Of a stretch of 64,000 nt of DNA, positions 1 to 9,584 are shown piece after piece. Location: IMG/VR virus record IMGVR_UViG_2911013136_000002; one strand, given 5' to 3'. Each line of letters opens with the position of its first letter. The first letter of the stretch is position 1. The position numbers and the translations under genes are program-made. Below the pieces are notes generated by a model. The model was not told the DNA's origin and searched no databases. It saw only the letters and a program-made list of their open reading frames with translations. Origin of the DNA: an uncultured virus (IMG/VR IMGVR_UViG_2911013136_000002) (lineage: Duplodnaviria; Heunggongvirae; Uroviricota; Caudoviricetes).

Positions 1-1410
1 TTAATAGAATTCCACATCAGTAATTACAATGAGAGGTTTCCCTGTTTTGTATCGGTCTGGCCGTGTTGGAGGCTTCGGAATCGCTTTGAAATGAATCCTT
101 CTAATGAACCGTGAGATAAACTCTCTTTTTTCCTCTTGTGTAAGATGTTCGAATGTTGCGTTAAAAGCGAAAACGATGTTTTTTAATTGCTCTGGATCTA
201 CCTTTATCTCGTCCTTAAATTCGTCAAGTTTTTTCTTGAGTTGTTCATAAGCTTCCCTTGTTTCGCACATACGTTGTTCAAATTCCTCATCGCTGATTAA
301 ATCAGCAGCCCAAGCACGTTGATATTTTTCCCTTTTCCTTTCAATTTGCTTCAGCTGTTCAAGATAAAAAGCTTTCTCGTCTTTTTCCTCCTCAGGTGGT
401 TCTATAGGCTTGATCTCCACGTTTTTCATGTATTCCTTCAAAGCCTCTAAAAATCGCTGTTCACCAATTGTGAAAACCTTCTTACCTTCTTTCCAGCAAG
501 CTTGGCATCGGTAAACTGCACTTTGATATTCAGAGCCGTCTTTTCTTTTTCGGATATAGCGATTGACAGAAAGAGGGCGTCCGCAAGAAGGGCAGATAAG
601 AACTCCTTGGAAAAGGTACGTACTTTTCACATCTCTTCTGTGATGCACTGCTCGATCATCTAATATCTGTTGAAGTTTTAGAAACTCCTCTTTACTTATT
701 ATGCCTTCATGCGTATTTTCAAAAATTTTATCGTTCCATCTTGTTGCTCCATAGAGAGCAGGATTTCGTAAAATGCGTAAAACGGTATTCGCTCTCCATT
801 CTCGATCATTATTAACGAGATTTAAATAATTGGCAATCCGGTTTAATGACCATCCATTTTTAACTTTCTCGATCATGTCTAACACAACGATAGATTTTTC
901 ATTCTTTACTAACTTTGCATCTTTTGTCAAATCGAACCCGTAAGGGATGTTTCCGACACGTTCTCCCTCAGATACTTTTTGTTCTAACGCCATCTTAACC
1001 CGTTCTGAAAGGTTCTCTGATTCCCACTGCGCGAGTAGGGCGACAATACCCATAAACATTCTTCCATTTGCTGTTGTTGTGTCGTACATTTCTGTCGCAG
1101 ATTTGAATGCGCATCCATGATCCTGAAGAAATTTTAAAAGTTTGTGTAGGTCAATAACGGAACGCGTCAAGCGATCGAGTCGATAAACCAAGAGTGTTTT
1201 AATTTGTCCACCTTTAATGTGTTCCAGCAAAAGTTGTAATTTTGGTCGGTTTGTATCTCTTCCTGATATACCTTCTTCAATATAAAATCGGTAGTCTGTC
1301 CATCCTTGTGCTTTGCAATATGCTGTTAGTCGCTCTTTTTGTGCATCGATGGAATAACCTTCTAGCGCTTGTTCTTGTTTACTTACACGAATATAAATAC
1401 CTACAGTCAT
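1..1410 (-). CDS. Large serine recombinase (phage integrase)
   Basis: N-terminal YIRVS catalytic motif, VYRLDRLTR, recombinase domain, Zn ribbon CPSC...CQAC and a coiled coil. Confidence 0.95.
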   Translation of the reverse strand: MTVGIYIRVSKQEQALEGYSIDAQKERLTAYCKAQGWTDYRFYIEEGISGRDTNRPKLQLLLEHIKGGQIKTLLVYRLDRLTRSVIDLHKLLKFLQDHGCAFKSATEMYDTTTANGRMFMGIVALLAQWESENLSERVKMALEQKVSEGERVGNIPYGFDLTKDAKLVKNEKSIVVLDMIEKVKNGWSLNRIANYLNLVNNDREWRANTVLRILRNPALYGATRWNDKIFENTHEGIISKEEFLKLQQILDDRAVHHRRDVKSTYLFQGVLICPSCGRPLSVNRYIRKRKDGSEYQSAVYRCQACWKEGKKVFTIGEQRFLEALKEYMKNVEIKPIEPPEEEKDEKAFYLEQLKQIERKREKYQRAWAADLISDEEFEQRMCETREAYEQLKKKLDEFKDEIKVDPEQLKNIVFAFNATFEHLTQEEKREFISRFIRRIHFKAIPKPPTRPDRYKTGKPLIVITDVEFY

Positions 1411-1487
1411 GAACGCTCTCTCCTTTCTTTGTAAAAATAGGGCGAGAGGTAACTCACCCTTGAGATTAAATTTCTAGCGCTAGAAAT

Positions 1488-2147
1488 TTAATAAATTTTC
1501 ACAGCTTGTACAACTTTCCCGATAATCTTAACTTCGTCTTTCGTGATGTCATATATTTGTGGCTGGTAAGACGGATCGTTACTCATTGGAATAAGAGTGA
1601 TGATATTCTTGTTTATCGATACTTTTTTTACTGTGGCTTCATAGCCGTTTACTAACACAACGGCGATTGAACCGTTTTCCACTTCGTTGGTTCTCTCCAC
1701 AAGAACATAAGAACCATCTGGAAACTCTAAATTCATGCTGTTTCCTTTTACCCTTAAATAAAAATATTCCTTGTACTTATTAAGAAATGAAGAAAGGATT
1801 GGCATATATCCCTCGATATTTTGAGCAGCTAGTATAGGTTGTCCAGCAGCGATTGTTCCGACAATAGGAAGGTTTACAATGTTTGAGAAATCATTCTCTA
1901 CCACTTCATATATGTTTACTTCATTATCCTTTAATCCCAGAATTTCATCTAATGAAACATTAAAAAAATCGGCTATATAGCGAACTGAATCGATTCTTGG
2001 CTCTTCTCTATCATTTTCCCATTTAGAAATCATCCCTTTATTGAAATTTGTTCCATATTTTGTATTGAGAGCTTTTGCCAATCCTTCTTGTGTTAAATTC
2101 CTTGATTTTCTTAATGTTTTTAGTTTTTTACCAAACGAATACGCCAT
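1488..2147 (-). CDS. CI/LexA-like repressor (XRE HTH + S24 peptidase)
   Basis: HTH N-terminus; AAG cleavage site, GNSM catalytic Ser, TVKK Lys. RBS precedes the ATG at 2147. Confidence 0.92.
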   Translation of the reverse strand: MAYSFGKKLKTLRKSRNLTQEGLAKALNTKYGTNFNKGMISKWENDREEPRIDSVRYIADFFNVSLDEILGLKDNEVNIYEVVENDFSNIVNLPIVGTIAAGQPILAAQNIEGYMPILSSFLNKYKEYFYLRVKGNSMNLEFPDGSYVLVERTNEVENGSIAVVLVNGYEATVKKVSINKNIITLIPMSNDPSYQPQIYDITKDEVKIIGKVVQAVKIY

Positions 2148-2180
2148 TTTATTCACCTTCTTTCAATTATTTTTATGCAC

Positions 2181-2330
2181 CTTTCGATTATGTTTAGATA
2201 CATCTAAACAAATTATACCATATCGGTTTCGATACCGCCATATTTTTTATAAAAAATTTTTAATAAAGTAGTTGATTTCGAAACTCATAGATGATATATT
2301 TTAATCAGAGTTAAGTTTCGATTACGAAAC
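2181..2330. promoter_or_regulatory. Immunity region: divergent promoters and GTTTCG-N4-CGAAAC operators
   Basis: Palindrome gtttcgattacgaaac at 2315-2330, second copy at 2569-2584 in the cro 3' end. Rightward promoter ttgatt-N17-tatatt at 2272-2300. Confidence 0.65.
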
Positions 2331-2346
2331 AAGAGGAGGGAACAGC

Positions 2347-2601
2347 GTGGATGAAGTAAAAAGACGTCATGCTCCTTATACGAAGTTAAAGGCATACTTA
2401 AATGAAATTGGTTGGACACAAGCTGATTTGGCTAAATTACTCAATAAATCAAGATACGCGATTAATCAAAATTTAAACGGAACCGGGGGAGACTTTTCTT
2501 TGAGTGAGGTTCGCTTAATTTGCATGACTCTAGGTATTAGTGCAGACGAGTTTTTTATTGAACCTCAAGTTTCGAAAACGAAACAAGAAAACGCGTCATA
2601 A
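2347..2601 (+). CDS. Cro-like XRE HTH regulator
   Basis: TQADLAKLL HTH; divergent from CI; strong RBS. Confidence 0.85.
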   Translation: MDEVKRRHAPYTKLKAYLNEIGWTQADLAKLLNKSRYAINQNLNGTGGDFSLSEVRLICMTLGISADEFFIEPQVSKTKQENAS

Positions 2602-2622
2602 GTAACAGAGAGGAGAGGAGTA

Positions 2623-2811
2623 ATGATAGCAACTCAAAGCAATCGACCTGCTATTAGTAATGAAACCATGAAAGAAATGACGAAATTCTTCATGAAAATA
2701 TCCATTCCTCGCATTTTGGCTGCACTGGAACGCGGAGAGTTGGTTTTGGAAAACGGAAATCTGGTGCGAGCAAAGGAGGTGAACGAAAACGAAACTGCCC
2801 AGTGTGGATGA
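2623..2811 (+). CDS. Hypothetical early phage protein
   Basis: RBS gaggag; position in the early operon. Confidence 0.6.
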   Translation: MIATQSNRPAISNETMKEMTKFFMKISIPRILAALERGELVLENGNLVRAKEVNENETAQCG

Positions 2812-2900
2812 GTTCTATATTGACAAAATGAAATCTGAATTCGCCCTCTAAAGCTTCTTTTTAGAAAGAAACTTGGACAGGCATGGAGAGGAGAGAAGCG

Positions 2901-3659
2901 ATGAATCAATTACAGATTTTTAATCATCCGATGTTTGGGGATGTTCGGTTCGTCGAGATTAACAACAACCCGCACGCTGTTGGCAATGATGTTGCAAAAG
3001 TATTGGGGTATAGCCGACCACATGAAGCAATTTCAAACCACTGCAAGGGGGCGGTAACTTACCGCATCCTTACTAACGGCGGAGAACAAACGGTGAAAGT
3101 TATCCCAGAAAGAGATATATACCGATTAATAGTCAAAGCGGCCGATCAAAGCAAAAACCCAGAAATCAGACAGAAGGCTGAAGAATTTGAAAAGTGGATA
3201 TTTGAAGTAGTCCTTCCAACAATCAGAAAAACGGGCGGCTATGTTGCTAACGATGACTTGTTCATCCAAACCTACTTGCCTTTCGCTGATGAACAGACAC
3301 AAATGTTATTCCGCGGTATTCTTCAAACCGTCCGCAAGCAGAACGAACAGATAGCTGTCATGAAACCAAAAGCGGATTACTTTGACGCCTTGGTTGATCG
3401 GAATCTTTTGACGAATTTCCGGGACACTGCAAAAGAACTGAAAGTCAAGGAGCGGTTCTTCATCAATTGGCTTCTGCAAAACAAATTTGTTTATCGGGAT
3501 CAGAAAGGGAAACTCAACCCTTATGCGCCGTATGTGCCGGAATTATTTGAATTGAAGGAGTTTGCTCGAAACGGAAAAGCGGACGTTCAGACATTGATTA
3601 CGCCGAAAGGGAGAGAGACATTCCGGCTTCTGTTGCAAAAGGAGGGACTGGCATCATGA
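2901..3659 (+). CDS. Phage antirepressor (BRO-N + KilAC/ANT)
   Basis: FNHPMFGDVR...DVAKVLGY BRO-N motif, WIFEVVLPTIRKTGGY, KPKADYFD...ITPKG. Confidence 0.9.
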   Translation: MNQLQIFNHPMFGDVRFVEINNNPHAVGNDVAKVLGYSRPHEAISNHCKGAVTYRILTNGGEQTVKVIPERDIYRLIVKAADQSKNPEIRQKAEEFEKWIFEVVLPTIRKTGGYVANDDLFIQTYLPFADEQTQMLFRGILQTVRKQNEQIAVMKPKADYFDALVDRNLLTNFRDTAKELKVKERFFINWLLQNKFVYRDQKGKLNPYAPYVPELFELKEFARNGKADVQTLITPKGRETFRLLLQKEGLAS

Positions 3660-3934
3660 ACGTCCTCCCAGGTGATATGCAACGTGCTGCCAAACTGCTC
3701 GATTGCTGCGACTATTGCCTTGCCCGTGCTCGTGTGGCTCAGTTCGGGCGCGACTTGGACGAGGCGGAGAAATGGGTGAAGGAATTCCTTCGCTGTAAAC
3801 GCGATTGGGACGAGCTTATCAAACGGAAAGAGGAGCATGATCAATTAGTGCAGCTCGTCGAGATATTGAAGGAGCGCGGCGTGGATATTGCGGTCATTAG
3901 TTCCATCAAATTGAGAAAGGGGAATGAACAATGA
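3656..3934 (+). CDS. Hypothetical phage protein
   Basis: ATGA overlap with the upstream gene; RBS. Confidence 0.65.
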   Translation: MNVLPGDMQRAAKLLDCCDYCLARARVAQFGRDLDEAEKWVKEFLRCKRDWDELIKRKEEHDQLVQLVEILKERGVDIAVISSIKLRKGNEQ

Positions 3935-4131
3935 GTGTTTGTTTCACTGCAAGCCGACTAATGAAAGTTTCAGAGGTTCGTAGATGGTGCAAGGAAATGA
4001 GAGAAAATCCAGCTCTCCTTATGGCTACGGAGTTAAAAGCGAAAGAGGAACTTTACAAGCGCTTTTTACAAAAAGAAAAAACGGCCAGCACTTCCAACAC
4101 TAGCCGTCTAGCGATGCCTACCATGCAGTAA
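3931..4131 (+). CDS. Hypothetical phage protein (homologue of frameshifted gene 53068-53228)
   Basis: ASRLMK.SE.R motif shared with prophage 2. Confidence 0.7.
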   Translation: MSVCFTASRLMKVSEVRRWCKEMRENPALLMATELKAKEELYKRFLQKEKTASTSNTSRLAMPTMQ

Positions 4132-4164
4132 TTTCATTCTACCATATTCAAATCTTGATAACAA

Positions 4165-4262
4165 GACAGGCTAGTGCCTGTCGTCATGGCTGGGAGTAAA
4201 CAGGGTGCCCATCCTCACCTATCACGTTTACTCCTAGCTGTGACGATGTGCACTAGCACATC
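4165..4262 (+). ncRNA. Putative structured RNA element (long stem or two alternative hairpins)
   Basis: gctagtgc/gcactagc and gtcgtcatggctgggagtaa/ttactcctagctgtgacgat pair with only G-U wobbles. Covarying homologue at 53302-53398. Confidence 0.6.
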
Positions 4263-4326
4263 CATCACATTACTAATCCATACGCAAGGAGGCACATTAA
4301 ATATCTATGCGAAAGGTGGGAGAGAA

Positions 4327-4710
4327 GTGACACGGGAGGAGAAAAGACTCATCCGGTTGCAGATCGCCAGGCTCCTCGATCAGTGCCAGGGCTGCCAGTT
4401 TCGTTCAGCAACTAACGCCAGTATTCACGTTTGCTCTAGCTGCCCGATCGGACAGCGGATGCAGGAGCTGGGGAAGAAATTGGGTGGGCAGCCGAAAGTG
4501 GCAGAGAAAAAGCCAGCACAAAAGCAAAAGCAGAAAAAGAAAACACTTGTGATGCGGCGCTGGACGAAGGAGGAAGAGGAATTCATCCTCATGAACCAGC
4601 ACCATATGACAAAAATGCAGCTGGCTGAAAAGCTCGGTCGGACCTACTTTTCTGTTCGACAAAAGCTCACAAAACTCAATAGAAAAAGGGGGCGAATCCA
4701 TGCAAGTTGA
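4327..4710 (+). CDS. Zinc-finger + Myb-like HTH phage protein
   Basis: CxxC...CxxCPIG and RWTKEEE motifs; GTG start with RBS; homologue at 53511. Confidence 0.75.
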   Translation: MTREEKRLIRLQIARLLDQCQGCQFRSATNASIHVCSSCPIGQRMQELGKKLGGQPKVAEKKPAQKQKQKKKTLVMRRWTKEEEEFILMNQHHMTKMQLAEKLGRTYFSVRQKLTKLNRKRGRIHAS

Positions 4711-4891
4711 AAATTCGATGACTCGTCCGGTTCGGCTTAAAAGCCCTCATTGGGGAATTGACGCTTTCAACGACGAGATCCTTTACGGCGATGTCATCTA
4801 TGAGTTTCCAGACGGGGAGATCGTTCTTGAAGAAAACATTCATCAGTATCTCATTCAAGTGTTAGGCGCTACACGCAAAATCGCTGAATAA
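4700..4891 (+). CDS. YqaI-like phage protein
   Basis: VENxM...GID.F.DEI..GD motif; lies upstream of yqaJ. Confidence 0.6.
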   Translation: MQVENSMTRPVRLKSPHWGIDAFNDEILYGDVIYEFPDGEIVLEENIHQYLIQVLGATRKIAE

Positions 4892-4988
4892 AAAACGCCT
4901 CACTGGGGGGTGAGACGTTTCAGGGATGAAGGGGGCTTTCCCTTGAGGTAACTATCTTCATCATAAAGGAATCTCCACCAAAAATCAA

Positions 4989-5933
4989 ATGGAGGGGAGA
5001 AGCTTGGAAGCTGTTGTTCTCACAAACACAAGTGAAATGAACCATGAAGAATGGCTGCAGGCTCGTCGGAAAGGGATTGGTGGTTCGGATATTGCGGCAA
5101 TCGTGGGCCTAAACAAATATAAAAGTCCTATGCAAGTTTATCTTGATAAGATCGGTGAACTGCCGGAAGAAGAAGCCGGGGAAGCAGCATATTGGGGCAC
5201 GGTGCTTGAAGAAGTGGTGGCCAAAGAATTCAGCAAAAGAACGGGCCTGAAAGTGAAAAGAAGAAATGCCATCTTGCGACATAAAAAATATCCGTACTTC
5301 TTGGCAAATGTGGATCGGTTGATTGTAGGCCGGAAAGAAGGACTTGAATGCAAAACGGCCAGTGAATATTTGAAGGATCAATGGAATGAAGAAAGTGTTC
5401 CAGATGCTTATTTTGTCCAATGTCAATGGTATATGGCCATAACGGGCTTTCAGAAGTGGCACTTGGCCGTTTTAATCGGTGGAAACAAGTTCAGAATGTT
5501 TGAGATCGAACGGGATGATGAACTGATTGCCATTCTTGAACGGAAAGCCTATGAGTTTTGGAACAATCATGTGATCCCTAAAGTTCCTCCGGCCTTCGAT
5601 GGATCCCAAGCATCAAGTGATCTATTGGCCGCCATGTATCCTGAACACGTTGAAGAAAGCATTGATTTGCCGGGATACTTTGCCGAAAAGTTGAAAAGAC
5701 GGGATGAACTAAAGGCTATGATTGATGAATTGACGGAAGAAAAGAAGGCCATCGAAAACGAGATCAAAAGCTATATGGGTGAAAAGAAATATGGCTTCGT
5801 GGCTGGGCGGAAGATCACTTGGACGCGTTACACTGTTGAAAAATTCGATAAAGATGCCCTGAAAAGAGATCACCCTGATATCTATGCAAAGTACGTCACC
5901 GAAGGACGAAAATCGCAATTCGTGGTCAAATAG
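4989..5933 (+). CDS. YqaJ-like lambda-exonuclease family protein
   Basis: EWLQARRKGIGGSD, ANVDR, LECKT and QCQWYM motifs. Confidence 0.93.
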   Translation: MEGRSLEAVVLTNTSEMNHEEWLQARRKGIGGSDIAAIVGLNKYKSPMQVYLDKIGELPEEEAGEAAYWGTVLEEVVAKEFSKRTGLKVKRRNAILRHKKYPYFLANVDRLIVGRKEGLECKTASEYLKDQWNEESVPDAYFVQCQWYMAITGFQKWHLAVLIGGNKFRMFEIERDDELIAILERKAYEFWNNHVIPKVPPAFDGSQASSDLLAAMYPEHVEESIDLPGYFAEKLKRRDELKAMIDELTEEKKAIENEIKSYMGEKKYGFVAGRKITWTRYTVEKFDKDALKRDHPDIYAKYVTEGRKSQFVVK

Positions 5934-5944
5934 GGGGAATTGCT

Positions 5945-6121
5945 TTGGCAAAATGCAAAGGTTGCGGTGCTGAAATCGTTTGGGTAAAAACGCCGAATGG
6001 AAAAGCGATGCCGTGTGATCCTGAAAAGAAAGTGCTTGTTTCGGATGAAGGCGAAATTGTTTCGGGCAGGGTTCCACATTGGGCCACCTGCCCGGCTGCA
6101 AATCAATTTAAAAAACAGTAA
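5945..6121 (+). CDS. Small Zn-binding phage protein (not in ORF track)
   Basis: TTG start after ggggga; MAKCKGCGAEIVW...PHWATCP, 58 aa. Confidence 0.7.
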   Translation: MAKCKGCGAEIVWVKTPNGKAMPCDPEKKVLVSDEGEIVSGRVPHWATCPAANQFKKQ

Positions 6122-6138
6122 TGGAAAGGGGAAAAATC

Positions 6139-7047
6139 ATGGCAACTAAACAAGCGGATAAGTTGAAAACAGAAATTGCAAAGCAAGAACAAAAACAGCT
6201 TGCCCAACAAGGAGAAAACAAACCAAAAACCCTGATGGATCTGATGATGGAATACAAGCCACAATTTGAAATGGCGCTGCCAAAACACTTGAACGCTGAT
6301 CGCTTGATCCGTTTGGCTGTCACGGAATTTAGAAGAAATCCGGCACTTCGTGATTGCACACCTGAAAGTTTACTTGGTGCTGTGATGCAAGCAGCCCAAG
6401 TAGGCCTTGAACCTGATGCCTTTGGCTCTTGTTACTTGGTGCCGTTTAACAACAAGAAGAAAGGGCCGGACGGAAAAGAATATTGGGTGAAAGAAGTTCA
6501 GCTTGTTATTGGATATAAGGGCCTGATCGAATTGGTGAGAAGATCCGGCCAAGTGACAAGTATTGTGGCAAATGAAGTCTATGAAAATGATGAATTCGAG
6601 TTTGAATATGGCCTGAATGAAAAGCTTTACCACAAACCAAAGCTTGACGGGGAACGCGGAAACCTGAAATGCTTCTATGCTTATGCTCGTTTCAAAGATG
6701 GCGGTTATGCCTTCACGGTCATGAGTGTGGAACAAATCAATCAGATCCGAGATAAGTTCAGTAAGTCAAGAAACAAGAACGGTGAAATTTACGGCCCTTG
6801 GAAAGATCACTATGAATCTATGGCCAAGAAAACGGTCATCAAACAGCTTATCAAATATATGCCAATCAGCGTAGAAATTCAGAATCATATTGCAGCTGAT
6901 GAAACAGTTCATTCGAGTTTCAAGGAAGAACCAAAACGCGTTGAGTACATTGACGCAGAGGCATTTGAGGTTCCTGCAGAGGAAGAACAGCCGAAAGAAG
7001 AGGAAAAACCAATTGCTTTCGAACAGGAGAGCTTTGACATCGAATGA
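6139..7047 (+). CDS. recT: RecT single-strand annealing recombinase
   Basis: SLLGAVMQAAQVGLEP, QLVIGYKGLIEL, PWKDHYESMAKKTVIK. Confidence 0.93.
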   Translation: MATKQADKLKTEIAKQEQKQLAQQGENKPKTLMDLMMEYKPQFEMALPKHLNADRLIRLAVTEFRRNPALRDCTPESLLGAVMQAAQVGLEPDAFGSCYLVPFNNKKKGPDGKEYWVKEVQLVIGYKGLIELVRRSGQVTSIVANEVYENDEFEFEYGLNEKLYHKPKLDGERGNLKCFYAYARFKDGGYAFTVMSVEQINQIRDKFSKSRNKNGEIYGPWKDHYESMAKKTVIKQLIKYMPISVEIQNHIAADETVHSSFKEEPKRVEYIDAEAFEVPAEEEQPKEEEKPIAFEQESFDIE

Positions 7048-7205
7048 TGGAATACCGAATTGTTATCCCACATTGTTTCCGTTGGATGGCTGCTGGCAAC
7101 AAGAAACTCTACATCGAGTACATCAAGGGATATATCAAGCGCAGCCATCCCGGCTTGAAGCCGGTTCGTGTAGAAGGTCGATATGTGATTTGTGTAAAGA
7201 AATAG
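7047..7205 (+). CDS. Small hypothetical phage protein (not in ORF track)
   Basis: MEYRIVIPHCFRW..., 52 aa, translationally coupled to recT. Confidence 0.55.
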   Translation: MEYRIVIPHCFRWMAAGNKKLYIEYIKGYIKRSHPGLKPVRVEGRYVICVKK

Positions 7206-7223
7206 GAAAGCCGAGGTGATACG

Positions 7224-8126
7224 ATGCCCGAAAGTTTTTACTTCCCTGTTTATTCAGGTTTACTGACAGCGCAGCATAGAGAAAGGATTGGATCAGCAAT
7301 TTGGGAGTTTTTGTGGCTCATTTCTAAAGTCACAAAGGAAATAGAGGAAGAAGGTGAGACTTGGGGCATCGTACTCGGCGGCAAACCTGTGAAACTTGCA
7401 GAAATCGCTGCGGAACTTGGTGGAAGCGAACGGACCGTGAAAAGAAATATTGCTCGACTAAAAGATGAAGGTTACATCGAAACGGTTCGTGCTCCGTACG
7501 GTGAGATTTACAAAGTTAGGAAATCAAAGAAATTTATCCATAAAAACAGAAGTGCCAAAAATGGCACATCTCTCGATGAGAGAGAGGACAAAAATGGCCT
7601 ATCTCATGATGAGAGAAGTGCCAAATATGGCATTTCTGAACAAAGAGAAGTGCCATTTTTGTCCGAGAGAAGTGCCACATCTGGCCTATCTAATAAAGAT
7701 ATAAAAGATATAAAAGAAATAATTAATAAAAAAATTAATAAAGAGGATGATGAATATACTGTGGACAAAATTTTAGACCTTCTTCAAAAAAGCAAGATTT
7801 TGGAGAAAGAAGATATTACAGAATTTCTCCGTGAAGACATACAAGACGTTATCGATAATTTTGGCTTTACTAATCCAGAAGAAATGATTGTAGAAGCCAT
7901 TAAAGATGCAGCACGAGGAAACGGAAAGACATGGAAGTTTGTCTACAACAAATTGAACGCATGGAGAAAGCAGGGGATTAAAACCATTGAAGATTTGGAT
8001 AAGGGGGATACTAATGGCACGGTTCACAAGCATCGCAGAGGTGTTAGCCGATCTGCAAAAGAAGGCAAGTCTTATGAGCAAATCCTCCGAGAAGCCGAAG
8101 CAGCACGAAAAGCCTGGGGAGGATGA
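7224..8126 (+). CDS. Phage replication initiator (wHTH + DnaD/DnaB_2-like domain)
   Basis: HTH AEIAAELGGSERTVKR; C-terminal WKFVYNKLNAWRKQGIKT; internal iterons. Confidence 0.85.
   Translation: MPESFYFPVYSGLLTAQHRERIGSAIWEFLWLISKVTKEIEEEGETWGIVLGGKPVKLAEIAAELGGSERTVKRNIARLKDEGYIETVRAPYGEIYKVRKSKKFIHKNRSAKNGTSLDEREDKNGLSHDERSAKYGISEQREVPFLSERSATSGLSNKDIKDIKEIINKKINKEDDEYTVDKILDLLQKSKILEKEDITEFLREDIQDVIDNFGFTNPEEMIVEAIKDAARGNGKTWKFVYNKLNAWRKQGIKTIEDLDKGDTNGTVHKHRRGVSRSAKEGKSYEQILREAEAARKAWGG
7548..7745. repeat. Iterons and AT-rich tract, probable replication origin of prophage 1
   Basis: Repeated agaagtgcca and aaaaatggc..atct units followed by an A-rich run inside the initiator gene. Confidence 0.7.
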
Positions 8127-8910
8127 ATACGAATGTTCCCAATGTAAAGATACGGAATTCATTTTCTATAAGGATGAGGAAGGTTATGAATTTGCAAAGC
8201 CGTGTGAATGCCGGGAAAGAAAAGCATGGAAACGTCGGTTCAAGCAAGCGCTCATTCCGGATGAGTTTATCCATGCGAATTTTGAAAGTTTCAAGCGATC
8301 GACGCAGTATCAGCAAGATATGTATGATGCGACCATTAGCTACCTAAACGAATTCGCTGTTATCAAGCAAGAGGATGGCACAACAAAGAAAATTTTGTCT
8401 GACAAAAATTTGGGTTTCATTGCCAAAGTTGGCGAACAGCGCCTAAGAGAATTGCCAATCGAGGAACGGTCCGTTGTTAAACAACAACATAACAATTTTG
8501 GGATCGGGAAGACGCATTTGCAGATCGCTCTTGCAAAACGCCTTATCAAAGATGGATTCAATGTTCTAGTGGTTTCTGATGTTTCGTTCATGGACGAGCT
8601 CACTCAAGCTAAAAGGATGAACGATGAGGGAGAAACGCTCAATCGACTCCTGCAAGGTGCCATTGATGCAGATGTTTTAGTTTGGGATGACATAGGCAAG
8701 GCAAAATGGTCGGAAGCGAAAGAAGCGTTGTACTACCAAATTATCAACGAACGTTATCGGAAGCAAAGGCCAATCGTCTTTAATAGCAACGAAGATCGCG
8801 GAACGTTAAGCGAAAAAATCGGATATGCTGCAGCAAGTAGATTGATAGGACAATGTGGTCCATATCTCCACGAAGTTGAGGGGGAAGACTTCAGATTAAA
8901 GGGGGCGTAA
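8014..8910 (+). CDS. DnaC/IstB-like helicase loader ATPase
   Basis: CSQC...CEC Zn motif, Walker A GIGKTHL, Walker B VLVWDDIG. Confidence 0.88.
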   Translation: MARFTSIAEVLADLQKKASLMSKSSEKPKQHEKPGEDEYECSQCKDTEFIFYKDEEGYEFAKPCECRERKAWKRRFKQALIPDEFIHANFESFKRSTQYQQDMYDATISYLNEFAVIKQEDGTTKKILSDKNLGFIAKVGEQRLRELPIEERSVVKQQHNNFGIGKTHLQIALAKRLIKDGFNVLVVSDVSFMDELTQAKRMNDEGETLNRLLQGAIDADVLVWDDIGKAKWSEAKEALYYQIINERYRKQRPIVFNSNEDRGTLSEKIGYAAASRLIGQCGPYLHEVEGEDFRLKGA

Positions 8911-8915
8911 GAACA

Positions 8916-9104
8916 ATGACATGCGTGAAATGTAACGGGACGGGTCAGCTATACACAAAAGTAGCAAACGGCGCGTGCTTGGTGACGGCTTGCGATTGCG
9001 AACATGCCGAACGTGCCAGACACGAATTCGAGCAGGAAATGATCGAATTCAGAAGACGGCTTCGTGAAGCAAAAGAACGATTGAAAAAGGAGGTATGTTG
9101 CTGA
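8916..9104 (+). CDS. Small Zn-finger phage protein
   Basis: CVKCNGTG...CDC. Confidence 0.6.
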   Translation: MTCVKCNGTGQLYTKVANGACLVTACDCEHAERARHEFEQEMIEFRRRLREAKERLKKEVCC

Positions 9105-9271
9105 TGGGCATCCTCTATGAAAAGGTTCAATACACCCAGGAACTCAAACGTCAAATGATGATTCGTCAACTCATCGATATGGGAATCACAGAGGATGAAG
9201 GTAAATCTATTTACGACTTGGCCTACTACACGTTGCGATTTGTATTGGCAACCGAGAAAGCAAAACAATGA
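9104..9271 (+). CDS. FbpA-like small basic protein (not in ORF track)
   Basis: RBS ggaggt; MIRQLIDMGITEDEGKSIYDL motif. Confidence 0.55.
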   Translation: MGILYEKVQYTQELKRQMMIRQLIDMGITEDEGKSIYDLAYYTLRFVLATEKAKQ

Positions 9272-9391
9272 TGCCTATCTCTCTTCAAATTTCGACAAAT
9301 TTCGAGCATTTTTTGTGAGAATGTAAAATAATTATTGGAACGAGAAAAAAACGCTGCACAAGGCGAATATAGGCGTTTGATAGGTGGTGAG

Positions 9392-9568
9392 ATGACTGTG
9401 ATAGAAATATTAATCGTTTTAGTGGCGCTCACATTATTATCGATCATTGCGTTGATATTTTTTGGTGCAGTCATCATTTTTGAATCACTGCCTCCTCTAT
9501 TGAAATGGATATTCGGAATTGTTATCGTACTTGCAATGTTCTACGGATGGTACATGTTAAATAACTAA
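9392..9568 (+). CDS. Small two-TM membrane protein
   Basis: Two hydrophobic stretches; RBS aggtggtga. Confidence 0.55.
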   Translation: MTVIEILIVLVALTLLSIIALIFFGAVIIFESLPPLLKWIFGIVIVLAMFYGWYMLNN

Positions 9569-9584
9569 ATGAGGTGAAGACACA

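Noticed and set aside
4174..4326. N-terminal extension of ORF 4174-4710, and ORF 53313-53507
   Set aside because: They overlap the structured RNA element; the homologous proteins start at the GTG (TREEK).
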